In this document: positions 38,821 through 51,561 of the stretch, one piece after another
How positions within the stretch are numbered: the first letter of the stretch is position 1
How the letters are laid out: each line of letters opens with the position of its first letter
From: Octopus sinensis
Lineage: Eukaryota
Direction of reading: 5' to 3'
NCBI RefSeq assembly: GCF_006345805.1
Contig: NC_043007.1
Location: forward strand, 45,012,001-45,076,000
DNA: 64,000 nucleotides
Notes under the pieces: generated by a model
Database searches by the model: none
What the model was told of the DNA's origin: nothing
What the model saw: the letters and a program-made list of their open reading frames with translations, nothing else
Translations under genes and position numbers: made by a program

Positions 38821-40669
38821 AATGCTCGTTTTATGTTACACACACATATGTATATATTATGTACAATGTACTCCCTGTCAGTATATATGTATACAATTAT
38901 GTGCTTTAACTACACCATTAGAGCTTTTTAGCTCTTATTTCTAGCAGTGTACGTGTTCTAATACCGTAGTCATATCTAGTGACAATTATAGTTTTCCTTT
39001 TTGGTAAAACATTGCATACGGCTGCTTAGATTAACTTTAGCCTTATATATATATATATATATATAGATTTGTGTGCGCACGTGTTCATGTGAGTGCATGT
39101 GTGTAGGTGTGTGTACCGATTTCGGCAGAGCTATTAGCAAAGTGAGAACAACTGGGGTGCAAATTGACAAGATGTTGTTTTGGGTTAACCCTGTACCTGA
39201 TGCGCCCAACCCACACCGATATTTTACCGTCACTGAAGTTACCAAATTTAGTCCTACTCTGTGTACACATCCGAGATGCCACCAAATACATCATAACACT
39301 CTTTCGCTCCAATTTAGAGAGCGACTCCACAGCAGACATATCTGTAAATATTCTCCCATGTTATTTTCTATTCAGTTCTTATCTTATCTTAGAGATTTCC
39401 TGCTGACATGTTCACCATTTCAACGTGATGGAAGACACATACTCTCTTGCTAATGTACATCCGTACACCGACCTTCACATGCTTAGGCAGAAAGAGAGAG
39501 AAAGGGGCGAGAGATAGAAAATGGGACAGAAACAGAGAGAGAGAGAGAGATACAAGCACAGAAATGGAGAATACTAAAAGTGGGAAGATAGTAAAAGAGA
39601 AAGAAAGAAAGAAAGAGAGAGAGGGAGATACATGAACGCACTCGTATATATTGACACACATGCATCGGGCGGTGCTCCACTATGGTCTTAGTGATGACAC
39701 CTAAAAGAAAGTAAATACAAGCCGTGTAGTTACATGTGTGTGCGTGCATATTATATATTGTATTGATATATGTGAATATATAATTAATTACTTGTATGAT
39801 GTGAAGGCGCATGGCTCAGTGGTTAGAGCGTCGTTACGATCGTGAGGTTGTGAGTTCGAATCCAGGACCGGGCTGTGTGTTGTGTTCTTGAGTAAGACAC
39901 TGCATTTCATGTTGTTCCAGTTCGCTTAGCTCTAGAAATGAGTTGCGACATCACAGGTGCCAATCTGTATCGTGGAGAGGGGAGGCCGGTATGTATGGGC
40001 GACTGCTGGTCTTCCGTAAACTACCTTGCTTGGACTTGAGCCTGGGAGGGTGGCTTTCTAGGTGCAATCCCATGGTCAGTCATGACCGAAGGGCGTCTTT
40101 GCAGCAACTTGCATGATCCAATTGAATCGAGATATTTTAATAATAAATGCACCAGATTAGGATCAAGAAAATAACCTACCCGTGTATCTGTGGAGGCACG
40201 TGACTTAGTGGTTAAGGTGTTGGGCACATGATCGTAAGATTGCAGTTTCGATTCTTGGACTGGGCGACGCGTTGTGCTCTTGAGCAAAACACTTCATTTC
40301 ACGGTGGTCCAGTCCACCCAACTGGCAAAAATGAGCAATCTTGCGACGGCTCGGCGTCCCGTTCAGGTGGGGAATGTATACACCAGGGAAACCGAGAAAT
40401 TGGCCCTAAGGAGTCAGTATGACTCGCGAAGGCAACTAAATCCGTGTAGCAATAGTATATGTGGACACTCACGCATATATTAATGTACATACGGACTCGT
40501 CCTACCACTTACATACACATGCACATGAACACTTCTTTTATACTCATCGATGTAAATATCTTTGTATAAGTAAAATCACATACAGACGTACACCGTTATG
40601 CAGCATCACGGCCCACTTTAAGTTCCACATCCAAATTACGGAATTCCAGGTATCGTGTAAAATAAGAAC

Positions 40670-40843
<174 letters not shown>

Positions 40844-40949
40844 GAACTGAGAGAGGTGGGGGAGATAAAACACAATACTTAACTTTAAAAAAGTTCACAA
40901 AATCGTTAAATGTATAAGTTAATAATTGTATTATGTATGTACTAAAAAG

Positions 40950-41520
40950 GTGGCGAGCTGGCAGAAACGTTAGCATGCCGGGCGAAATGCGTAGTCGTAT
41001 TTCGTCTGCCATTACGTCATGAGTTCAAATTCCACTGAGGTCGACTTTGTCTTTCATCCTTTCGGGGTCAATAAATTAAGTACCAGTTACGCACTGGGGT
41101 CGATATAATCGACTTAATCTGTTTGTCTGTCCTTGTTTGTCCTCTCTGTGTTTAGCCCCTTGTGGGTAGTAAAGAAATAGTTATTTCGTCTGCCGCTACG
41201 TTCTGAGTTCAAATTCCGCCGAGGTTGACTTTGCCTTCCATCCTTTCGGGGTCGATTAAATAAGTAACAGTTACGCACTGGGTCGATATAATCGGCTTAA
41301 TCCGTTTGTCTGTCCTTGTTTGTCCCCTCTGTGTTTAGCCCCTTGTGGGTAGTAAAGAAATAGGTATTTCGTCCAGCTTTATATTCTGAATTCAAATTGC
41401 GTCGAAGTCGATTTTACCATCCGATCTTTCAGACACGATAAAATAGGTACCAGTTGAGGACTGAAGTCGGTGTAACTGATCTACTCGCATCCCCGAAATT
41501 GCTGGTCTTGTGTCAAGATC
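40950..41520 (+). mobile_element. Tandem family A SINE units (one full head plus headless repeats)
   Basis: GGCGAGCTGGCAGAAACGTTAGC head, followed by two near-identical ~180-bp units ending CCCCTTGTGGGTAGTAAAGAAATAG and a diverged third unit. Confidence 0.85.
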
Positions 41521-42195
41521 TAAAACCAATAGTAATAAGTTTAAATAACTGGATAGAGATTAATCAGAAATAGGTGAAATATGTATTGGGGTAAGATGCA
41601 ATAATGTTGGAACATAAGGAACTATTGAAGATACCACTAGTTGGAATTGAAGGTGGTGGATATTATTAGCAGGCATTAGTAGATAATTAGGAGTAATGAG
41701 CACCTAGCATTGCACCTAAGGAACTAATTAATCCCCTGATCCACGAGTGACTGCTCCCTAATCACCTTCATTCTAAACGTGTGTAGCTTTCAGATATTCC
41801 TCAATCTCATATTTTCTTCCCTCATCAGCTGCATTCTCGATATTTCGTCACCTACCTTATCCCACTTAATACCAGGTTAATTAAATATTAACTCTGTCAT
41901 CTGCCTGTCTATTTAGTTAATCTTTTCACTTACTGAATTATTCATCCGTCCATTTATCCATTTAGTTAATATGTAAGTTAAACTTCCGCATAAATACATC
42001 CGATAAATAACACCTATCCTCTGTTTCCATTTGTATTATTCAACTATTTTCCAAAGTGTTATTGCGAGGTTTTTGGTGCTTTTCGTCTTATTTCCTCATC
42101 TTGTTTATCTAGCTTAGCTTATATTTGCAAATTATTCTATAATCACTGTTGGTTTCTTTTTGAGTCTTTCTTTCTCTCTCTCACTCTCTCTCTAC

Positions 42196-42226
<31 letters not shown>

Positions 42227-42441
42227 TGTATGTATGTATGTATGTATGTATGTATGTATGTATACAAAATGAATTTAAAAACTCTATTTTTAACCTATCT
42301 CATATATAAAAATTCGAATAACATCTTTATTATTACTTCAATGTAAATACCAGTGATGATATTTGTATTGTAACAGCTGTAAAACTTAAATTGGAAATTT
42401 GAAATAACAGTAAGATCTTTGACGACGTAATATATACATAT

Positions 42442-42525
<84 letters not shown>

Positions 42526-43021
42526 TATATATATGTATAAAAATTATATATAGAAATACAAAATGGGACAAGAACGCAAAACACACTAAGAGACGACACA
42601 AAAAACGGACGGGTCATTCGAAGCCTCTAATCTTCAGTCAGGAACCGGATCATCCTCGCAATTTCGGCTGATTAATCCTGAGATCGCTCCGATCCGGCCA
42701 GCCCCAAGGAAAAACTAAGCTACGAGCATTAGATTTCTTGGAAAAAGGATCGAATGTATACGAAACAAGGACAAAAAACGGACGATGCCACACGAATATA
42801 AATACAAACAACAAAAATAAAAGACAAGAATAGTAATAACAGGACAAATAAAAGACAAGAATAGTAATAACAGGACAAAAACATACATGCATACATAATA
42901 CATATTGAACACACACACACACATATATATATGTGTGTGTGTGTTCAATATCCGACCGTGTGTGTATCGTTAACGATTTTCTTTCTCCGTCTTCCCTTCC
43001 TTGGACCTTTCCTTTTTCTAT

Positions 43022-43056
43022 GTTTCTGACGAAGAGCTCCGCTCGAAACGTTAAAT
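43022..43056 (+). ncRNA. Minimal type I HHR (35 nt) with intact core
   Basis: GUUU-CUGACGA-A-GAGC(UCC)GCUC-GAAAC-GUU-AAAU; palindromic ACGU stem III. Confidence 0.75.
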
Positions 43057-43151
43057 CCTCCTTTCTCTCCTTTCCTGAGCGTCCAATATCACTATACTTG
43101 ATCCACGACCACGCGTTGTTGCGTTTTCTCTTTGTTCATGTTTGGATTAAC

Positions 43152-43187
<36 letters not shown>

Positions 43188-43206
43188 AGGATATCTTTGT
43201 ATCTGA

Positions 43207-43249
<43 letters not shown>

Positions 43250-43256
43250 CATACAC

Positions 43257-43567
43257 GTGGAGGCGCAATGGCCTAGTGGTTAGGGCAGCGGACTCGCGGT
43301 CGTAGGATCGCGGTTTCGATTCCCAGACCGGGCGTTGCGAGTGTTTATTGAGCGACAATACCTAAAGCTGCACGAGGCTCCGGCACGGGGTGGTAGCGAT
43401 CCTTGGTGTACTCTTTCCCCACAACTTTCTCTCACTCTTTCTTCTGTTGGCCTGCTCGCTTTGCCTGCGGGATGGCGTCCTTTGAAGGCTAAAACAATGC
43501 AAAGCGCATTGTGACCAGCGATGTGTAGCAACATCTGATAGCCTGGTCGGTCACGGTGATCACGGTG
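43257..43567 (+). mobile_element. tRNA-derived SINE (family B)
   Basis: GTGGAGGCGCAATGGCCTAGTGGTTAGGGCAGCGGACTCGCGG...GGTTTCGATTCCCAGACC. Confidence 0.85.
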
Positions 43568-43937
43568 TTATATATACACACATATTTTGATCTTTATTCG
43601 CATCCATGGCAAACTTAGATGTTAACCGTGAACTATAAAAAAAAAATCTCTTTTCAGTTTCCGAACTTTGATATGGGAAAAAACCTACACCCCTTCGTGC
43701 CAATAAACTATTATTGCTTCTGAAAGTTGTTTTTTATACTTATTACGGACTGCCCGATGCTTACTAACTTCCTACACCTTGGATCTTACAATTACGTATA
43801 ATTACATACATACATGCATACATACTTACATACATACATGCATACATACATACATACATACATACATACATACATACATACATACATACAAACATACATA
43901 CATACATACATACACACGCACACACACATATATATAA

Positions 43938-43996
<59 letters not shown>

Positions 43997-44065
43997 TGCA
44001 CACTAGCCTCGCTTCCGCACACGTTCAATGTCATAAACCTACCATACAGGTCTAGAAAAATCGTG

Positions 44066-44328
44066 CGCGGACAGGATGACAAATGCACTTTTGCCGAAGG
44101 ACAAGAAGCCGAAGCCAAGAAGCCGAACAGACACGATGCCGAACGGACAGAATAAAAAAAAAATTCCTTCTTACATAGTTTAATGACCATATGAGTGGTC
44201 ATATTGTAGGAATAAAACGATCATCATATATTGCAATTTTTGTATGTCTTCTCGGCTTTATATCCGTTCGGCTCCTTGGCTTCGGCTTCTTGTCCTTCGG
44301 CAAAAGTGCATTTAGCATCCCGTCCGTG
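44066..44328. mobile_element. MITE with ~60-bp TIRs
   Basis: GGACAGGATGACAAATGCACTTTTGCCGAAGGACAAGAAGCCGAAGCCAAG is mirrored at about 44270-44328. Confidence 0.8.
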
Positions 44329-46019
44329 TATCAGAAAAATTAATCATAGCTTGAGTTCCAAGTCTTTCCGAAACAACACCCAATGACCTGAGGCCGTTGT
44401 ACAACAGATTCAACTTTCAAGCTGACTCTAATTTACATACATTTATGCACCCTACTCTCAATACAGCAATATCTGTCGGAGAAAAAGGCAAAGGGGAGGT
44501 CACTCAAATTAGGCGACGAGAAGGCTGAGTCAATCAAGAAAAATATCCTTTGATGATAATAACATACCAACAAGTGGTGGCCCTTTACGTAGTCGCTTGA
44601 CCTCCTAGAAATTACTGTCTAATATCCATCCAATCACTGCCAAAATGAGATATATTGGATAATATAATCTTGGATATCCAGTGTTAGAAATATAGATAGA
44701 ATTTTCACTGTGTGGAGGTTTTCTTTGAGACATTGTCTAACTAGAATTATATTATTCCAATAAAATCCCGAATGTCTTTAAGGATTTGACTATTAGTTAA
44801 GATTCGAGGAAAATTTGACTATTAGTTCAGATTTCTCGTTAATTGTTATGCTTGTATGTATGTGGTGTGGTTGGAATTAGAACCTTTTGTGAACCTGACG
44901 TTAAATGTTCAAATATGGTGTTCTTATTCCTAACAGGTCAAAAATACGATCAAAAGCATTTGAGCCACGACGCTCTCGCTTTTCCAGTTATCAGAAACTG
45001 CATTGTCCAATCTGCCCTATTTTGTAGAAATGGTATGGTATAATTTAAGGGAGATTCCACTGTTGTTTCTAGCAAACCGATCAGTCATTTCGAGACATCT
45101 TTTATTCGAGGTTTCGAGTGCAGAAGTGATTGGCGTTGAGGGGCGAAACTGTGGAAAAGTTTATAAACATATGTACTAGGGTTATAACAGGAAAGTTCTT
45201 TCGGTACACGGTTCCGGGTGGGGCACAACTCCTTGAATTCTAAGACTACCTCTCGGAATTCGAAGGCATTTTTGGCTCATCTTACAATTTTTTGTTAGAG
45301 TTATTGGGTATGTGTCTGTGAGTGAGTGTGTGTATGTGTCAGTGTGTTGTGTTAGTGTTGTGTTAGGGTGTATGAGTGTGCGTCTATTAGCGTTAGTAAG
45401 TGTGTGTGTGAGTATGTGTGCGAGTATTCGTATGATTGTGTGCGCGTGAGAGAGTATGTGTGTGTAGGAGTTTGTAAGTGAGTATCAGTGTGTGTGAGAG
45501 TATGTGAGAGAGTGTTTGTGTGTGTATGTAAGAATGCACATGCATGTGGTATATGTATGTGTGATGTGAATGTGCATATGTATGTGGAGTGCGTGGTGTG
45601 TGTGTGTGCTTGTGTGTTTAAGTGTATTTGAGTGCATGCGTGTGGTGAGTATGTGTGTGTGTGGTGTGCATGATGATGTGCATGTCTGTGATGTTTGTTT
45701 GTGGCGTGTTGGGTGTATAAAGTGTGCTTGTGAGTGTATAAAGTGAAAGAATGTTTAATGAAGAACCGAATGTATGGAATTATAATGGCTACCGTGGATA
45801 ATTAGCAGCGAAAGTTCGCAAATGTATGGACATGTTTGATAGAAGCTGCAAGGATGAATGAATATATGTTACGTGTGTGTGCGCGCGCGACACATACACG
45901 CACTCAGATGGACACACGTACATACATACATACATACATACTTATATTCATACATACATACATACATACACATACATACATACATACATACATACATACT
46001 TACATACATACATACTTAC

Positions 46020-46050
<31 letters not shown>

Positions 46051-46055
46051 CATAC

Positions 46056-46086
<31 letters not shown>

Positions 46087-46115
46087 CATACATACATACA
46101 TACATACATACATAC

Positions 46116-46159
<44 letters not shown>

Positions 46160-46968
46160 GTATGTATGTATATAAATGGATAAATAGTAGATAAAAAGTA
46201 GATAGACACACATACACACATATATTTACGTGTGTGTGGGTGCATATGTATGTAGGTATGTACATGTGTGTGTCACTGTATGGATGCATGCACTCACACA
46301 TACACACTCACACATAGACACTCACACACACATATATCAAACTGATGTTCAAAATAAAGACCACAAAATAACTATTACATCTGGTTTATTTATAAATCAG
46401 CAAAAATAAAATAAAACCAATTATCAAAATAAAGCAATAAAAAGAATAAATGAAACAAAAAGTATCATTAAAATGTAAACACGCAGTGAAACCTGCTCAC
46501 GTGACAACAAACGTAAATATGTATGGCGGCTCGTTTAGCGGAACGAAAAAGTCATGTTAATTGATGGCACTAGCTACATATAATTATCAGAAGTAAATAA
46601 CTGATAAAATATGGCGACATTTAGCATAAATCAGTCTTTCTATCGTTGAAATACACTTTCTCTATTTCTTATCAATATTTCTTTTATCATCTGTCCTTCT
46701 TATTTGTCTATAGGTATATATGTGTGTGAGTTTTTGCTTGTGCGCACTCACCCACGCATACGTTACGTGGCGCGGGCGCTCCCCCCCCACTCATAAGTAT
46801 GTATATGCAAGTATATATATATATACTGATTTGTCCGGATGTTTTGTTGTCGCCTGTTATGTTCTTGTTCCATTTTTTGTTTTGCTTTTTATATATACAT
46901 ATAGCGGCGTACGTCACTTTTAGTCTGTCTGTCTGTCTGTATGTATGTATGTATGTATGTATTTATGC

Positions 46969-47000
<32 letters not shown>

Positions 47001-47151
47001 AATATAAGAGAGTGGTCACTATATTGCTCACTCTAGCACCAGTTAATCCAAAAGGTTTCAACCACGAAAATACATGTTTCCTATGAAAGCCAGTACGACT
47101 GTTAGCTCACACGGACAGGGCAAGTAAAAAATAACAAAAATACAGATTATT

Positions 47152-47229
47152 TTGGGACAATTGTTTCGCTATTAATGAATTAAATGTAATATTACTTACA
47201 AAAAAATCCATTTGTAGCTCGTCAGCCAA
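47152..47229 (-). ncRNA. Intact type I hammerhead ribozyme (left arm)
   Basis: Reverse complement of 47497-47574. Confidence 0.85.
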
Positions 47230-47496
47230 GACTATCTGGATGAAATCCACTCAATCACACGCCAGATTTTACCATAACGATAAATACGCGTGTGGTTCAA
47301 TTGATTACATCCGACGTTATAATTCAAATGCCCCTGCATTTATTTCTAAATGCTGTATTTGTTTTCCGTGAAAGTTTGGCGCGCTGTTGGTTGGGGCATT
47401 TGAATTATAACGTCGGATGTAATCAATTGAACCACACGCGTATTTATCGTTATGGTAAAATCTGGCGTGTGTTGAGTGGATTTCATCCAGATAGTC

Positions 47497-47574
47497 TTGG
47501 CTGACGAGCTACAAATGGATTTTTTTGTAAGTAATATTACATTTAATTCATTAATAGCGAAACAATTGTCCCAA
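47497..47574 (+). ncRNA. Intact type I hammerhead ribozyme (right arm)
   Basis: UUGG-CUGACGA-GCUA(43 nt)UAGC-GAAAC-AAUUGU-C-CCAA; all core nucleotides canonical; predicted GUC cleavage after 47570. Confidence 0.88.
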
Positions 47575-47852
47575 AATAATCTGTATTTTTGTTATTTTTT
47601 ACTTGCCCTGTCCGTGTGAGCTAACAGTCGTACTGGCTTTCATAGGAAACATGTATTTTCGTGGTTGAAACCTTTTGGATTAACTGGTGCTAGAGTGAGC
47701 AATATAGTGACCACTCTCTTATATTTATTTTGTAAAAATATTATAATATGTTATAAAATATTATAATAATCCAGGTTTCTCGTAGCACTAGGCCACTTGG
47801 TGTTGAATAAATATACTATTAAATTAGTATCTAATTCTCTCACCCTTATTAA

Positions 47853-47963
<111 letters not shown>

Positions 47964-48059
47964 CACATACTGGTGATTTGTTTATAGGGTTAACCTGAGT
48001 GTCTCACCATAAAGATACTCTTTATGGCAAGAAACCCGGCGTAATTCTATAAACAGGCC

Positions 48060-48147
<88 letters not shown>

Positions 48148-48218
48148 ATATATATGCAAATGAAGTTGAAATTTCACTGGGCTTGGTTTAGAATTTTGTT
48201 AATTATTAATTTTTAAAT

Positions 48219-48257
48219 ACTTAACCGGTTTCACAGACTTTTCTGATTTTCAGAAGT
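48219..48257 (-). ncRNA. Minimal HHR-like motif with G8A substitution
   Basis: Minus strand ACUU-CUGAAAA-U-CAG(AAAAGU)CUG-U-GAAAC-CGGU-U-AAGU; palindromic ACCGGU stem III. Confidence 0.6.
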
Positions 48258-48774
48258 TGAAATAGAAGGACCCGGAGCGATGCTGCAATTGTCTTGATTC
48301 TGATAGGATTTCTAGAATTCTTGTTTTTATGAGAGAATATGGCTCAATTAGTATTTGTTTTGGATATTCATAGCCACTTTAACATGGCTGTTAGTTCGAG
48401 CGGACTCTAGCGTGATTTTTTAACCCCAAGAGGACATCTCCTCTAGCTGGTAAACGATGCACAGCTGAATCCGATAAAATTGAGGGTGTGTGTGAGTATG
48501 AAGGCGCGTGGCGTAGTGGTTATGCTGTTGTACTCGCGTTCGCTAGTTCGTGGGTTCGATTCCCAGACAGGGCGGCGCGTAGTCTTCTTGAGGAAAACAC
48601 TTCATTTCTCGTTGCTCCAGTCCGCTTTCGATCAAGGGGGATTTTCAAGGCGCAGGCGTTCCTTTGTGTTAAGAAACTTACTTCCCAAAGCCTTATGAGT
48701 GGATTTGGTGGACGGAAACTGAAATAAGCCGTCCTATCCATACATACACACACATACATACATACATACATACA

Positions 48775-48805
<31 letters not shown>

Positions 48806-48884
48806 CTATATATATATAAATATATATATATTCATACATACATACATACATATATATATATATTATATATATATATAATATATA

Positions 48885-48923
<39 letters not shown>

Positions 48924-49054
48924 TATATTTGTGTGCGTATGTGCTTGTGTTTCTGTTTCTGCCCCCACCACCAGTTGACAATCGTCCCCCGTAAATTAGG
49001 GGTTCGGCAAAAGGCAAAAAGGAAGACAGCCCGAAGAATCCTTTGTCTATGGCT

Positions 49055-49560
49055 GTTTGATCCCTACCATGAAGAATGGTGGTGACTTTGTGATGATTTG
49101 GCTAGCCATCTCACAGAATTCTCTCGGATATTCAGTTGTTCTATATGGCAGAGTTAACGTCGAGGATTATCAATGCATTTTGGCTGATTATGACCATTCT
49201 ATGGTACAAATAATTTCCGTGATGGTAGCGCAATCTTCCAGGACGAAGTAATACGCTAATTCACACAGCTAATGTTACACAACATTGGTTCGAAAAGCAC
49301 AAGAGTGAAATACACCACTCAGATTGCACCCACCCACCCACCCACCAATTTACTATTCAATAAAATCGAACATATATGGCACATTTTGGAGAAGGAAATG
49401 AGGATCCTCTCCCCACCTCTGCCATCGTCGCTTAAAGAGTGAAAGAATTTTTTACTAGAAGTGCTTGATATCCTCCTAACGACCGATCAGAGCGCTTACG
49501 AGTCAATTCCGCGACGTATTAAAGCTGTAAGTATTGTGATAGTGAACCAACACCGTTTTG
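49055..49560 (+). mobile_element. Tc1-like transposase remnant
   Basis: PTMKNGGDFVMIWLAIS resembles the Tc1 motif PTVKHGGGSVMVWG; degraded DDE region downstream. Confidence 0.75.
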
Positions 49561-51561
49561 AATAATAAAGCCTATATTAAACAAGTTCGAGAGAATCAAG
49601 AAGGGATACTTTCGATGATACGTGTGTGTGCTCGATGAGGCTAGACTTGCAATCTAACGGAAACTGCTTAGACTTTTATGAGCCCTCATAAAGCATGCAA
49701 GGCTCATAAGACAGGACCTTAGCTGGTTTCCATGGCGTATAAATGATTGAGATTACAACATTATACTCGTGCTCGAAAGGGGCGCTGGTCTGACGCAAGT
49801 TTAAATTCCAAGCTACTGCTGGAACTTATTTTACTGCTGAATAGACAGCAGCAACGTGAAATGAAATGTTTTGCTGAAGAAAACAACACAGTGTACAACC
49901 CGGGAATTGAAACCACGATTTTACAACAGTTAGTCCAACACCATAACCACCAGGCTACATGCTTTCAAAAAAAAAAAAAAAAGGAAACAGTAATTACATC
50001 AAAATAAAAAACAGCAAAACCTACCGTAGTATCAAAAGCAGCAACACCACCAACAAACAACAATACCAGCAACAACGGCAATAAATCAATAACAAAACTA
50101 TAAAAAAATGTCTTTTTTTTACTGTTAGTTATGATGACGTTGAAGATGAGAGATAAGGAAGTTTCTGCTTAGAAGCCAAGTGTATTATTATTGAGTCGGT
50201 CAGTCTCCTTTAAGAAAGTTATCAGTTTACTCTGTGATATTTCGGTCTATAACATTGATATGCGAAGTAAGAAAGATAAATGCACAACTTTTAGCATCTG
50301 TTCAACAAATCTCCGTATGTGTAGTCGCCATATTGCTCATTTTAGGGCTTAAGGAATTTACTGTTGCTAACGTAAAACCCCTTGAGGCCACACATTCAGT
50401 TATTTGAATACAATCTTAAGTATTTTCTTAAAGGCCTCATCACATATGTTAAGAAAGTTTTAAAGATGTTGCTTTGTTAATTATGTAGGTATTTATGTGG
50501 GTGTTATTAAAAGTATTCAATGGGCCCAGAAGCTCTTGAAAGACGCATTCAAATGGAGATAATAAATGTTTCTTTGCTTGGCTTGTTTATATTTTTTCAC
50601 ATCTTTGGATAGACAGAAACTAGTGGAAATATTCAACGTAGCTAAAGCTGTCCGATTAGAAATACCAATAACAAAGCTGGATCAAGAATTCACGATTTCC
50701 CGCTCTCCGTTTAAACTCAGTCTTGCAGGATATTTTCATATAAAAATTTTATTTTAATTTCCCTTTTCTTTTCTGAAGCAATTCTTTCATTGCACTATTT
50801 TCCTTAACCATTTTAATATTATTTCAGTTTCAGCCAATTCTTTGAATCTGCTCCGTTTCAGAAAATACTATTTCAGATGCTATTTATTCAGGCTACATGT
50901 TTTTCCTCAGGGAAGTTTTAAGATGTTGGCGAAATCGTGTTTTTTCTAGTGCAGAGAAATTTTAGTGCAAGTTTAACTTGCTTATATATACTTTATCATA
51001 ATTAGTTGCAGTTGATCATAGAGAAGTAACGTAGTTTACCGGAAAAAATACATGATATCTTTTGAAAATTGCTAAGCTGTTTGCAATACTGTTGGGGAAA
51101 CACTATTAAATTAACGATGTTGACAATTGCCTGAGGGAACTGCATGCCAGTTAATACTGTTGAAGTTTTATAAATTAATAATAAATTGCAAAAATAAGAT
51201 GAATATTGCTGTAAGGAAGGTGAAAACCTGTTGCAAAACCGATTGTTAATGGATCAAGCTGAAATTTGCTTGATTTTTAGTCATGCTCTGCTAAATATTA
51301 ACAGAAAGCAAGTTGAAAGAAAACCTTTGATGTAAACATTCTTATTAAGAAATGCCATTAATGCGACCACTACTAATGAGATCATAGCTAGAAGCTAACA
51401 AGGGTCCTCCCATGGGGGACACTAAATATGCTAGAAATAACAGCTAAATTTTCATCAACGAATATCCTCCAAGGAAAGGAATTACTTCAACGGGGTGTGT
51501 AAAACATCCAGATTACTGGTACATCAGTTGAATACTACATAAACAGGGGTATAATGCAACT

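Larger units (their letters stand above)
46995..47731. repeat. 737-bp near-perfect inverted repeat (arms 46995-47334 and 47393-47731, 58-bp spacer)
   Basis: By manual comparison the arms are reverse complements except a 1-bp indel (CAATCACAC versus GTGTGTTG). Confidence 0.95.

Noticed and set aside
42605-42645. CTGAAGA..GGCTTCGAATG motif (minus), with a related CTGATGA copy near 23790 (plus)
   Set aside because: GAAT instead of GAAA and no stem III or cleavage triplet. The repeat family may be PLE-related, but a ribozyme cannot be supported.
46500-46625. Two ATGGCG (YY1-like) motifs and a CACGTG suggesting a promoter
   Set aside because: Short motifs with no downstream exon or other support.
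47995-48050. 9-bp hairpin followed by GAAAC..GTA
   Set aside because: The upstream core reads CTGAGTG, not CTGANGA; too degenerate to call.
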